The translations under genes and the position numbers were made by a program. Shown piece by piece: positions 9,536 to 18,808 of a stretch of DNA of 64,000 bases. The stretch spans positions 12,541 through 76,540 of the forward strand of contig JAJDAK010000067.1 in assembly GCA_029261895.1 (NCBI GenBank), read 5' to 3'. The notes below the pieces were generated by a model. The model had not been told where the DNA came from. It was given only the letters and a program-made list of their open reading frames with translations, and did not search any database. Positions within the stretch are counted from its first letter, which is position 1. Every line of letters starts with the position of its first letter. This DNA is from Deltaproteobacteria bacterium. GTDB taxonomy: Bacteria; Myxococcota_A; UBA9160; SZUA-336.

Positions 9536-10513
9536 AAATTTCTTCCGAGAGCGTCGGTAATAACTAGCCAAGTCACGCAGCGGTCCGTGGCTATACGCTT
9601 TTGCAAAACGAAGCGGCGCTTCCAATCGATGGCGCAAGTAGAGGCGCACCAACGTCGAGAACAAGGCGTCGGGATCATCCGCACGGATCGCCCTCGCCGG
9701 ATTCGGGGTCGCGGGCTTCTGGCCGACAACAAGCAGGTGCTGCACGCTCGACCATCGATCCACGTGATTGGCATACATAATTTTAAAACCGGCTTTCTCC
9801 ACGAAGGCCCGAGTCGAACCGAGCGTCATATGCTGAAAATGCGCGATGGCTGAGTCACCCGAAAGGCTGAAATGCTTGCCGTACGGCCTTGGTCGCGTGA
9901 TGTCTTTCTCGGACACCAGCACCAGACCACCGGGGTTAAGACGCTCATAGCAATCCCGAAGCAGCTTCGTCGGCGAGGGAGAATGCGATGGTACGTGGAT
10001 TGTAAGCATCCCGATGAAGTCGAACTTCCCGGGGATCGTACCCAATAGGTCATTCATGGAGCGCGTATAAAACTGCTCGGAACTAAAATGATTCCTCGCG
10101 AAAGCGATGTTGGCTTCAAATGGATCTACTCCATGTACCTCCGCACCCATCTCAGCAACGATTTCCAAAACAGGCCCACTGCGCGATCGCACTTCAAGCC
10201 ACTTCTTGCCTTGAACGTCTCCGAAACGTTTCACCAGGTCCTCGACGTAGGGGCGAAGCTTCTGAACTCGTTTGTGTAGTTTTTCTGCGGTTACGTCCTT
10301 GGCCCCAGTGGCTTGAGCCCCGGGATCGGAAACGAAACCATCACGTAGCCACGCTTCTAGTGCAGCAGCCGTCTGCCGCGGGTTCGTATACACCAGACCG
10401 CAGTCTCGGCAGATGACCACGGTGTGTGGACGCGTGATGAAACTTGGAAGCGCATGGTAGTCATCGCTTCCACACAAGTCGCAAGCACAGGTTTCACGAT
10501 CGGTTCGCGTCAT
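9515..10513 (-). CDS. SAM-dependent methyltransferase with an N-terminal Cys4 zinc-ribbon
   Basis: An N-terminal CxxC..CxxC pattern (CDLCGS...CRDCG) is followed by VLEIVAEMGAEVHGVDP and LNPGGLVLV class I methyltransferase motifs. Confidence 0.65.
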   Translation of the reverse strand: MTRTDRETCACDLCGSDDYHALPSFITRPHTVVICRDCGLVYTNPRQTAAALEAWLRDGFVSDPGAQATGAKDVTAEKLHKRVQKLRPYVEDLVKRFGDVQGKKWLEVRSRSGPVLEIVAEMGAEVHGVDPFEANIAFARNHFSSEQFYTRSMNDLLGTIPGKFDFIGMLTIHVPSHSPSPTKLLRDCYERLNPGGLVLVSEKDITRPRPYGKHFSLSGDSAIAHFQHMTLGSTRAFVEKAGFKIMYANHVDRWSSVQHLLVVGQKPATPNPARAIRADDPDALFSTLVRLYLRHRLEAPLRFAKAYSHGPLRDLASYYRRSRKKFLKRRRK

Positions 10514-10526
10514 CTTCGCGCTGCTC

Positions 10527-11507
10527 CTAAGGAAGTCGATACGAAAAGTGAGTGAGATCGACCCCGGTCAATTCCGCCATACGTGCATTCCCCCTAACGA
10601 TTTCCTCAATCTCCTGTGCTGAAAACGCATCTTCCAGGCTACCCAGTACATGCGCGCCAGGTCCCTCGCGATCGTTCTTTGCTGCGCGGTGCATCTTCTG
10701 GAGAAGTCCCGGAAGTAATTTCGCCTCAAGTGGGTTCAGGCCTGCCTTATCGGCCAGCATTTTCGCTCGACCCAGGACAAAGCCGTACTCCGGAACTCTC
10801 CCACGCACGACATCAGTCGTAGTCATGAGGGCGTCGAACGATTCTCGGTCAACGCCGAGGAAATCCGGTATCCGCCGGTCGGCGTATTCACCGACACCCG
10901 CAAACATGGCCTCCATGGGAACGACAAGAACCCGCTCGCTTCCGATTATTGAAATCATTTCCTGAATTGGGGGCCAGAGGTTGCAACACTTGAAAGCGTT
11001 CCAGGGTTTGGCGCGTTGGCGATGAGCCCAGTCGCCGAAGCCATCAACGCCGACACTAGTGAAGTGTCGAAAACCCTGAAGGTAGAATGATTCCAGCCAG
11101 CCGCGTTGCTCTCGGATCGTGATCAGTACCTTGAACGGCTTATCAAAGACGCGTTGCAAACGATCCAATGTATCCACCGGGTGATTACGAACCGGAGTGT
11201 AAAAAGACTCGACGGAAAACAGCGTGCAGCGCCACTTAGGATCAGTATTCGACTTCGACGCAACCAACACCTGAAGATACTCTCGAATATCTGCAAGCGC
11301 GGTTTCGAACTCCTGATCCGACGTATGAGAAATATCACGGACGACTTTCTTCGTAAGTTCCCAGTTGGGGAGAACGCCCCATGGCTTGGCAACGTTCTGA
11401 ATCTCTGGATGTTTCGCAAAGACTTCCGTCTGAAGCAACTTGTTGAAGGTGCTCGGCAGTCCGAGATGGATAACGAGTTCAGCTTCGACCATCGCACCCC
11501 CGATCAA
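10527..11507 (-). CDS. Hypothetical protein, possibly sulfotransferase-like
   Basis: ITIREQRGWLES fits the R-x7-S pattern of the 3'-phosphate-binding motif. GLPSTFN is weakly reminiscent of the 5'-PSB motif PKSGTT. Low certainty. Confidence 0.3.
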   Translation of the reverse strand: MIGGAMVEAELVIHLGLPSTFNKLLQTEVFAKHPEIQNVAKPWGVLPNWELTKKVVRDISHTSDQEFETALADIREYLQVLVASKSNTDPKWRCTLFSVESFYTPVRNHPVDTLDRLQRVFDKPFKVLITIREQRGWLESFYLQGFRHFTSVGVDGFGDWAHRQRAKPWNAFKCCNLWPPIQEMISIIGSERVLVVPMEAMFAGVGEYADRRIPDFLGVDRESFDALMTTTDVVRGRVPEYGFVLGRAKMLADKAGLNPLEAKLLPGLLQKMHRAAKNDREGPGAHVLGSLEDAFSAQEIEEIVRGNARMAELTGVDLTHFSYRLP

Positions 11508-11519
11508 AAACCTTTCGCA

Positions 11520-12398
11520 TTATTCACCCGCCAAAACCGCGCGCTGAACCCGACTCAATTGCGCATCTGCAAGAGCGCCAAGCGGTGCACCCTGACGATA
11601 GTCGGTCGGCACGGTAAACGCGAAGGGCGTCAAGTACTGCACCATCAAAACCACCCGCGGGGTCGAGCCGGGCGAGACCCTCGAGCCGTAGTGGAAGCAG
11701 CGGCTCGAGTCGAAGAGACAGACGGTTCCCGGTGGCCCGGTCACAACCTCAGGCGAACGCTCCTCTCGGGCCTCGTCTATCACCGAGTCGGGAATGCGTT
11801 TGGGATAACGGTAGTTAATCCGTGCTCGAATCCGTTCGGATTCCTTCGCAGGAATCAAAGTAAGCGGACCGTTTTCAGGTCCAATATCACTGCAATAGAC
11901 GAAGGCCTTTACCTGCGCTTTATCGTGGGCATCACAGTGAAAAAGCTGGCTGCTCCAAGGCTCCGTATCGCTGGGCTCAGACAGGAAAACTTTGATATTG
12001 GCGAGAATCGGTACCATTCCAAGGTAGCGGCTGACCGCACTGAGAATCTCGGGATTCAGGGCGAAACGAAGAATCGGCGAGTCGAGACTGAGCAGCGCGG
12101 GATCGAGCCGATTCAGCAGGAAAGTCTTGCGGGTTGGCTTATGGGTGGGGTCGTGGAACGTGGTCCGGACCATGGTCTGAGCCATGACCGCGACTTCTGC
12201 GGCTTCCGGAATGCGGTCGTACGCTAGAGTCGCAATTCCGGTCGATTGCGGAATACGGAACGTGGGGCGTGGAAGCGCCCATGTGGCCAGTTGTCGCTGC
12301 ACGTAAGTCGTGGGACGCCTCAACCGTCGAGCCAGCGCATAGAGTCTTCGGCGCCCTTCACGTTGGTTAATGAAATCTTTCTTGATGTCGATCGCCAT
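11520..12398 (-). CDS. Phytanoyl-CoA dioxygenase (PhyH)-like 2OG/Fe(II) oxygenase
   Basis: It carries FHCDAHD (HxD) and a distal CFHYGSRVSPG histidine with LTLIPAKES. The overlapping plus-strand ORF 11106..12227 is R-rich and looks like antisense noise. Confidence 0.5.
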   Translation of the reverse strand: MAIDIKKDFINQREGRRRLYALARRLRRPTTYVQRQLATWALPRPTFRIPQSTGIATLAYDRIPEAAEVAVMAQTMVRTTFHDPTHKPTRKTFLLNRLDPALLSLDSPILRFALNPEILSAVSRYLGMVPILANIKVFLSEPSDTEPWSSQLFHCDAHDKAQVKAFVYCSDIGPENGPLTLIPAKESERIRARINYRYPKRIPDSVIDEAREERSPEVVTGPPGTVCLFDSSRCFHYGSRVSPGSTPRVVLMVQYLTPFAFTVPTDYRQGAPLGALADAQLSRVQRAVLAGE

Positions 12399-12554
12399 GC
12401 AACCACCAAGGGAGGAGGATTCGCTGACACTATACTGGAGCGGCCGACAAAATCACCGTTGCACACAGCCGTGTCGGCCATCCTTGACAGAGCTCCCTCG
12501 ACGGGCTGGAATACGCGCTTCCGACGGTGAAGACGGTCGGAGGCGGGGGGGAGT

Positions 12555-13658
12555 TTGATCGTTCAGTTTGAAGAGCTGCATCGCTATCGCGGTGAAGTCG
12601 CGATGGTCGATGGGGCGTTCGATCCGCTGCACTACGGTCATATCCGCTACTTCGCCGAAGCGGCAAAGCTCGGGAGCCCGGTTCTGTGCAATCTGGCTCC
12701 AGACACTTACGTATCAGCGAAACACGCACCGCTGCTACCTGCCGAGCAGCGGAGCGAGGTGATAGACGCACTTCGCCACATCGACTACACGCATCTCAAC
12801 GCCTATGACACCGAGGCGGTTCTTGAAGAACTTCGGCCCAAGTATTACGTAAAAGGCTCGGACTGGAAGAGCAAGTTGCCACCCGCTCAAGTGCAAATCT
12901 GCGCCAACCACGGCACGGAGATCGTGTATTTGGATACCGTGCTGGATTCTTCTACCAAGTTGCTCGCATCTTGGCTCGACGAGCGCAGCGATGCGTCATC
13001 ACTCGCGCGCTTTGAACGCTACGCCCAGGATCAAGCGCGAATCGGAGCAGCGCATTACGACGCTGAATACTTCACCACTGATTGGCGCGATGATGGCAAC
13101 TGCTACACCATCGATGCACGACGTGAGATCGAAGGCAAGAATCCAGCACTGATCAAAGAGATTTTCGAACCGCAGCGGGTTTTAGACCTGGGCTGCGGTC
13201 CCGGCTCTCTGATGTTTCTGCTGCAGGAGCAAGGCATCGTCGCGGATGGAGTCGACTTCAGTCCGGGATGCGTCAAGCTCGCACCGCAGGAAGTTCGTGA
13301 GCGCATTATTACCGCGCCGGTGACCGCACCACCGGTTCCCGACAACGCTTATGACCTGGTGATTTGTCGCGAGGTTTTCGAGCACCTGACGATTCTCGAG
13401 GTTCAGCAAGCCGTTGAGCAGATCGCGCGCGTGACATCTAAGTTTGTGTACCTCACGACTCGCTTCCATCCAGAACCACGCGACTTGCTCGACGTCACCA
13501 CACAGTTCGATGTCGATCCCACGCATATTACGCTGCTCAACCAGGACTTCCTTCGCTTGCTCTTCGTGATGCAGGGACTACGACGCCGCAAGGATCTGGA
13601 GCAGCGCATGGACTGGCTCAACAAAGGTCGTGTGCTGGTCTACGAAAAAGAGGCCTAG
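12555..13658 (+). CDS. Bifunctional protein: a TagD-like nucleotidyltransferase (CTP:glycerol-3-phosphate cytidylyltransferase family) fused to a C-terminal class I SAM methyltransferase
   Basis: The N-terminus reads VDGAFDPLHYGHIRYFAEAAKLG, compared with TagD YGTFDLLHWGHIKLLERAKQLG, and YVKGSDW compared with TagD MGDDWEGKF. The C-terminus reads VLDLGCGPGSL...DGVDFS...YDLVICREVFEHL. It starts with TTG and is preceded by a G-rich ribosome-binding site. Confidence 0.65.
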   Translation: MIVQFEELHRYRGEVAMVDGAFDPLHYGHIRYFAEAAKLGSPVLCNLAPDTYVSAKHAPLLPAEQRSEVIDALRHIDYTHLNAYDTEAVLEELRPKYYVKGSDWKSKLPPAQVQICANHGTEIVYLDTVLDSSTKLLASWLDERSDASSLARFERYAQDQARIGAAHYDAEYFTTDWRDDGNCYTIDARREIEGKNPALIKEIFEPQRVLDLGCGPGSLMFLLQEQGIVADGVDFSPGCVKLAPQEVRERIITAPVTAPPVPDNAYDLVICREVFEHLTILEVQQAVEQIARVTSKFVYLTTRFHPEPRDLLDVTTQFDVDPTHITLLNQDFLRLLFVMQGLRRRKDLEQRMDWLNKGRVLVYEKEA

Positions 13659-14604
13659 CGTGGACCCCAGGCAGCGATCATTGGACTGCGTCGTTGGTTA
13701 TCACCTGAATCCGCATACTTGCGGCATCGCCAAGTTCAACCTGGTGCTAGCGCGGCAGCTGCAGGTACCGATTCATGGACTCGCCGACCCGGCCGTACGT
13801 GATCATCCTCGGATTCTGCTTTCGATCAAAACGGAGGAATTCTCCGAGGCTGCGCTCCACCTACTCACGCGTTTTCTCGACGAGCTCAAGCCACAACAAG
13901 AGCTTCAACTCTTCCTCCACGCCTATGCCGATACACCACTCGAACGGCGTTTTCTCGAGCGCGCCGAGCGAGTTTATTGCGGCAATTCCGAGCTCGCGGG
14001 TCGCCTTCGGCCTCACCATCGCCAAGTCGTCGAAGCCTGGTGCCCGGGTTCATTTCTCGAGACTCAGCGCTTTGAGCCATCCGAGCTCACCGTGCTGACA
14101 TTTGGGATGGCCCATAAAGTGCGCGCTTCTCACTTTGAAAAGCTTCAAACCCTATTGGAAGCGACGGGCAAGTCATACAGCCTCTTCGTCTCTACAGCGC
14201 TGCACGAGGGCACCACCTTCGAGGGTAGTTTCGCCAAGGCTTTCGCCCAGATTCAGGAAATCTTCCGAGGCCAAGCCTATTTCCTAGGCTATCTATCGGA
14301 TGCAGGTGTCTACAACTACCTGCTCGATACGACCTATTTTGCCGCATTCTTTGAAAAAGGCGTGCGCGAGAACAACACCAGCGTCAATTCGGCGATGGAA
14401 TGCGGTGCCGTCGTTATCACCAATCTGGACGACCTGTCTCCGGCCACCTACCGGGGCGGTCGAAACCTGATCGATATCGCGACATGCGAGCAGTTACCGA
14501 CGAAAACCGAGGAATTGCAGGAAATTTCGGCAGGAGCGCGACAGAGCGCCGACGAATTTGGCTGGAAGCGGCTGGTGGATCGACTCGCGGGACCCATGTA
14601 CTAG
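13630..14604 (+). CDS. Hypothetical protein, possibly a glycosyltransferase-like C-terminal domain
   Basis: A 324-aa ORF tightly packed in the plus-strand operon, overlapping the upstream stop by 29 nt. No confident motif. Confidence 0.35.
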   Translation: MCWSTKKRPSVDPRQRSLDCVVGYHLNPHTCGIAKFNLVLARQLQVPIHGLADPAVRDHPRILLSIKTEEFSEAALHLLTRFLDELKPQQELQLFLHAYADTPLERRFLERAERVYCGNSELAGRLRPHHRQVVEAWCPGSFLETQRFEPSELTVLTFGMAHKVRASHFEKLQTLLEATGKSYSLFVSTALHEGTTFEGSFAKAFAQIQEIFRGQAYFLGYLSDAGVYNYLLDTTYFAAFFEKGVRENNTSVNSAMECGAVVITNLDDLSPATYRGGRNLIDIATCEQLPTKTEELQEISAGARQSADEFGWKRLVDRLAGPMY

Positions 14605-14672
14605 AGGGATTTTTCTCGTTCGTCGACAGGATTTCGGTACTCTTCGAACGAATCCGGGGGGAGGGTTGGACG

Positions 14673-15722
14673 ATGGCTCGTGAGCTCACGATCGGTGGCT
14701 TTCGTATCGACGACGACAGCGACTGTTTCATCATTGCCGAGGTAGGACACAATCACCAAGGCGATATCGAGAAATGCAAAGAACTCTTCCTAGCCGCCAA
14801 GGAATGTGGTTGCCACGCGGTTAAGCTTCAAAAACGAAGCAACCGCACGCTCTTCACCCGCGATATGTATGAGAGCGCGTATGACAACGAAAACAGCTAC
14901 GGCGACACCTACGGTAGCCATCGAGAAGCACTCGAATTTGGCTGGGACGAGTATCAGGAGCTGAAGCGTTATTGCGCGGAGATCCAGATCATCTTCTTCG
15001 CCACGGCATTTGACTTCGAAAGCGCCGATTTTCTGATGAAGCTCGACGTTCCCGCATTCAAGATCGCATCCGGTGACCTCACGAATCTCCCGCTGATCAA
15101 GTACGTGGCGGGATTCGGTCGCCCAGTAGTGATGAGTACCGGCGGCGGCACGATGGAGGACGTTCAACGCGCCTATGACGCGGCCATGCCAATCAACCCG
15201 CAGATCACCATTTTGCAATGTACCGCGGGCTATCCGCCGGATTTTGACCAACTCAATCTGCGCACGATCGAGACTTTTCGAGAGGCCTTCCCCAATATTG
15301 TGATCGGTCTCTCGGCGCATGACAGCGGGATCGCGATGGCACCCGCGGCTTATGTGCTCGGCGCACGAATCCTCGAAAAGCACTTCACCTTGAATCGCGC
15401 CTGGAAGGGCACCGACCATGCGTTCTCCTTGGAACGACCGGGAATGCGGCGCTTGGTTCGAGACCTTCAGCGCACACGAATCGCCCTCGGTGACGGCCAG
15501 AAGCGCCAATACCCGACGGAGAAAAAGCCCTTATTCAAGATGGCAAAGAAACTTGTCGCGGCGCGTGATCTCGCGGTTGGACACCAGCTTACGCGCGAGG
15601 ACATTGCAATTCGTTCCCCGAACGACGGACTTCCCCCGTACGAACTCGAAAACGTCATCGGCAAAGTGCTGAAGCGTTCACTCACGACCGACGAGAATCT
15701 CGGTCATGAGGATTTAGAATAA
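14673..15722 (+). CDS. NeuB-family nonulosonic/sialic acid synthase (PEP-condensing, NeuB/PseI/LegI-like)
   Basis: IIAEVGHNHQGDIEKCKELFLAAKECGCHAVKLQKRS is compared with NeuB IIAEIGCNHNG..A..AGADAVKFQ. The start is taken at MARELTIGG, preceded by GGGGGAGGG. The ORF-track start at 14400 would overlap the previous gene. Confidence 0.75.
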   Translation: MARELTIGGFRIDDDSDCFIIAEVGHNHQGDIEKCKELFLAAKECGCHAVKLQKRSNRTLFTRDMYESAYDNENSYGDTYGSHREALEFGWDEYQELKRYCAEIQIIFFATAFDFESADFLMKLDVPAFKIASGDLTNLPLIKYVAGFGRPVVMSTGGGTMEDVQRAYDAAMPINPQITILQCTAGYPPDFDQLNLRTIETFREAFPNIVIGLSAHDSGIAMAPAAYVLGARILEKHFTLNRAWKGTDHAFSLERPGMRRLVRDLQRTRIALGDGQKRQYPTEKKPLFKMAKKLVAARDLAVGHQLTREDIAIRSPNDGLPPYELENVIGKVLKRSLTTDENLGHEDLE

Positions 15723-15745
15723 CGGGCGAAGCCGAGCGAGGCTTC

Positions 15746-16564
15746 ATGAACGACAATCTATTCAGTCTTCGCGGCCGACCCATCGTGATCACCGGTGGTC
15801 TGGGACAGCTAGGGCTGCAATTCACGAAAACGCTGTTGGAGCGCGGCGCACGCGTCGCGATTTTTGACCTCGAAGTCGAGGACGATCGGATAAAAACCGC
15901 GCTCGGGCACCGCCCCTCCGAGAGCGAATTGCTAACGCTGAGCGTTGACGTCACCAAACGTATCTCGATCGAGCGCGCACTCGACCAAGTGCGCAAGCAT
16001 TGGTATACCCCGCTGGGGCTGGTGAACAACGCCGCATTGGACTCGCCCCCGGGCGCGGGCGCTGCTGAAAACGGTCCTTTTGAAAATTACCCCGAGAATT
16101 CTTGGGACCGCGTGATGGAGGTCAACACCAAAGGCGTGTTCCTCTGCTCCCAAGTGATTGGCGGCGCGATGGCGGAAGCCGGGCGGGGATCCATCGTCAG
16201 CATCGCGTCCATCTATGGCTTGGTCTCACCAGACCAGAGTCTCTATGAGTATCGACGCCAGCGCGGGGAAGAGTTCTATAAGCCCGCCGCATACGCGGCA
16301 TCGAAATCCGCTCTGCTCAATTTGACGCGATACATGGCGACCTACTGGGCGCCACGAGGCGTCCGCGCCAACACATTGACTCTCGGGGGTGTGTTCAATG
16401 ATCAAGACGAAGAATTCCTGGAGCGCTATCACGCTCGCGTCCCACTCGGACGCATGGCTCAGCCAGAGGACTACAACGGCGCGCTGGTCTTTCTGCTATC
16501 CGACGCGTCTTCGTATATGACCGGTTCAAATCTCATCATCGACGGTGGCTGGACCGCTTGGTAA
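15746..16564 (+). CDS. Short-chain dehydrogenase/reductase (SDR)
   Basis: ITGGLGQLGLQF is the TGxxxGxG motif. NNAA and the Y-x3-K motif YAASKSAL are present. Confidence 0.75.
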   Translation: MNDNLFSLRGRPIVITGGLGQLGLQFTKTLLERGARVAIFDLEVEDDRIKTALGHRPSESELLTLSVDVTKRISIERALDQVRKHWYTPLGLVNNAALDSPPGAGAAENGPFENYPENSWDRVMEVNTKGVFLCSQVIGGAMAEAGRGSIVSIASIYGLVSPDQSLYEYRRQRGEEFYKPAAYAASKSALLNLTRYMATYWAPRGVRANTLTLGGVFNDQDEEFLERYHARVPLGRMAQPEDYNGALVFLLSDASSYMTGSNLIIDGGWTAW

Positions 16565-18045
16565 GGAACACGATGCCTGAATTGCCTTTCCCGCAAGAAA
16601 TTCCCAATTGGATCGAAGGGAAGGAAACGTCCGCCCTTTCCGGCGAGCGGCTGGATAAGTTTTCGCCTGCCGACGGACGCTTGCTTTGCCGCCTCACAGC
16701 GTCGAACGCCCAGGACGTCGAAGTCGCCATCGCTGCCGCACGTGCGGCGGCACCCAGTTGGGCACAAACCTCGGCCGTCACGCGCGGTCAGATCCTACAC
16801 AATATCGTGATGGGCCTTGAGAAAGAACGCGAAGCCGTGGCCCGGACGGTCGCCCTGGAAACAGGAAAGTCGATCAGCGAGGCCCAAGGCGAAACCGGCG
16901 CTGCCATCGCGCAAGGACTCTTCATGTCGGGGGAAGGCCAACGACTCTTCGGCCGGACCATCCCCAGCGGAGGGGTAAATCGGATTCAAATGACCGTACG
17001 CCAACCACGCGGTGTTGCGGGATTGATCATCGCGGCCAACACGCCGATCGCGAACGTGGCTTGGAAAGTCTTTCCGGCATTAATTTGCGGCAATACCGCG
17101 GTGCTCAAAGCGGCCGAAGACACACCCGCGACCGCATGGCTTTTTGCAAAGATCGCGCATGAGGCCGGGTTACCGGCCGGTGTCTTGAATGTAATTCAAG
17201 GAAGTGGCCCCGCGGCAGGTGCTCCATTGGTCGCGCATGCCGACGTGGATGTCGTGAGCTTCACCGGGTCCACCGCTGTGGGCCGTCAGATCGCACGCAT
17301 CGCGGGTAAAAGACTTGCTCATGTCTCGTTGGAACTCGGTGGCAAAAACCCATTGGTGGTCTGCGATGATGCCGATCTTGAAAACGCGGTGCGCTGGGCC
17401 GCACTATCTGCATTTAGCAACGCGGGGCAACGCTGCGCTGCTGGAAGTCGTCTGATTGTTTTCGACGAAGTTTACGCAGCGTTTCGTGACGCACTCGTGA
17501 CGCACACGCAAACGCTGCGGGTAGGCTCCGCCGAAGGCGATGATCTCGGACCCGTGATCAACGAGGGCCAGCTTGGCAAAATGCTTTACGCGATCCGTAT
17601 CGCTAAGTCCGAAGGTGCCAAAGTGATCCTTGGTGGCCATCGAATTACCAATGACGCACGCGCGGCGGGTTACTACATGACACCGACCCTGGTCGAAAAC
17701 GTTAAACCCGACGGCAAGCTATCCACGTTGGAAATTTTCGGCCCGATCGCTGTTCTCTATCGCGTAGCCAATCTAGATGAAGCGTTGGCGTTGGCGAATA
17801 ACTCTCCGTACGGCCTTACCGCATCGATTCATACCAAGAATATCGACCGTGCGCTTCGCTTCGCGCAACATGTCGAAGCTGGAGTCGCGATGGTGAACGC
17901 CGGCACCTACGGTAGCGAGCCCCATATGCCCTTTGGGGGCCGAAAACAATCGGGGAATGGCACACGCGAGCCGGGCACCGAAGCACTCGACGTCTATTCC
18001 GAACTCAAGAACATCTGCATCAATTTCAACCCGGAGGCCAATTAG
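16558..18045 (+). CDS. NAD(P)-dependent aldehyde dehydrogenase
   Basis: LELGGKNP and FSNAGQRCAAGSR carry the catalytic Cys and Glu motifs of the ALDH family. Confidence 0.8.
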   Translation: MVRNTMPELPFPQEIPNWIEGKETSALSGERLDKFSPADGRLLCRLTASNAQDVEVAIAAARAAAPSWAQTSAVTRGQILHNIVMGLEKEREAVARTVALETGKSISEAQGETGAAIAQGLFMSGEGQRLFGRTIPSGGVNRIQMTVRQPRGVAGLIIAANTPIANVAWKVFPALICGNTAVLKAAEDTPATAWLFAKIAHEAGLPAGVLNVIQGSGPAAGAPLVAHADVDVVSFTGSTAVGRQIARIAGKRLAHVSLELGGKNPLVVCDDADLENAVRWAALSAFSNAGQRCAAGSRLIVFDEVYAAFRDALVTHTQTLRVGSAEGDDLGPVINEGQLGKMLYAIRIAKSEGAKVILGGHRITNDARAAGYYMTPTLVENVKPDGKLSTLEIFGPIAVLYRVANLDEALALANNSPYGLTASIHTKNIDRALRFAQHVEAGVAMVNAGTYGSEPHMPFGGRKQSGNGTREPGTEALDVYSELKNICINFNPEAN

Positions 18046-18046
18046 A

Positions 18047-18808
18047 TTGGCACGAGCGGTCGCGCTGATACCTGCACGTTCGGGCTCAGAGCGCGTTCCG
18101 GACAAGAATATCCGCAAGCTCGGCGAGCATCCGCTAATCGCATATTCAATTGCAGCCGCACATGAGAGCAAAGTCTTCGACGCTGTTGTGGTTTCAACAG
18201 ACTCAAGTGCGTATGCCGAGGTTGCCAAATACTATGGCGCCGAGGTGCCTTTTCTGAGACCGTCTGAACTCGCGGGATCTCGTTCGCCCGACATCGAATG
18301 GGTCGAGCATATGCTCCGCTGTCTCGAATCAAGTGGTCGCGACTTCGATTGCTTCAGCATCCTGCGACCCACGAGTCCATTTCGTCGTGCGGAGACCATC
18401 CACAGGGCGTGGCAGCAATTCCTAGCGTTAGATGGAATCGACTCGATTCGTGCCGTCGAATTATGCAAACAACACCCGGGCAAAATGTGGCTCGTTCGTG
18501 GCGACAATATGGCACCGTTACTTCCATCTCCGGCCGACCCACCCTGGCATAGCTCGCAGTATCCCTCGCTGCCCGAGGTTCATGTACAGAACGCGAGTCT
18601 TGAAATCGCATGGTCGCGCGTCGTGCAACAGGGCCGCAGCATTGCCGGCGAGCGACTGGCGCCGTTCTTTACCAAGGATTTCGAAGGGTTCGATGTGAAC
18701 GATGAGGCCGATTGGTTTCACGCCGAGCGACTGCTCGCCGACGGAAGCGCGAGTCTTCCCCCCATACCTCAGACCCCTTATCCCAAGGAAATCCCGTGTC
18801 GGAACTGA
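18047..18808 (+). CDS. NeuA-like CMP-nonulosonic acid synthetase (acylneuraminate cytidylyltransferase family)
   Basis: ALIPARSGSERVPDKNIRKLGEHPLIAYSI is compared with NeuA AIIPARGGSKGIPRKNI..L.GKPLIAHTI. It starts with TTG 1 nt after the ALDH stop, with GGAGG upstream. Confidence 0.7.
   Translation: MARAVALIPARSGSERVPDKNIRKLGEHPLIAYSIAAAHESKVFDAVVVSTDSSAYAEVAKYYGAEVPFLRPSELAGSRSPDIEWVEHMLRCLESSGRDFDCFSILRPTSPFRRAETIHRAWQQFLALDGIDSIRAVELCKQHPGKMWLVRGDNMAPLLPSPADPPWHSSQYPSLPEVHVQNASLEIAWSRVVQQGRSIAGERLAPFFTKDFEGFDVNDEADWFHAERLLADGSASLPPIPQTPYPKEIPCRN

Noticed and set aside
11106-12227. 373-aa plus-strand ORF overlapping both the sulfotransferase-like and the PhyH-like minus-strand genes
   Set aside because: Its protein is Arg-rich and low-complexity with no recognisable motifs. 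The opposite-strand ORFs have family-like motifs (HxD...H, R-x7-S). This is a typical high-GC antisense artefact.
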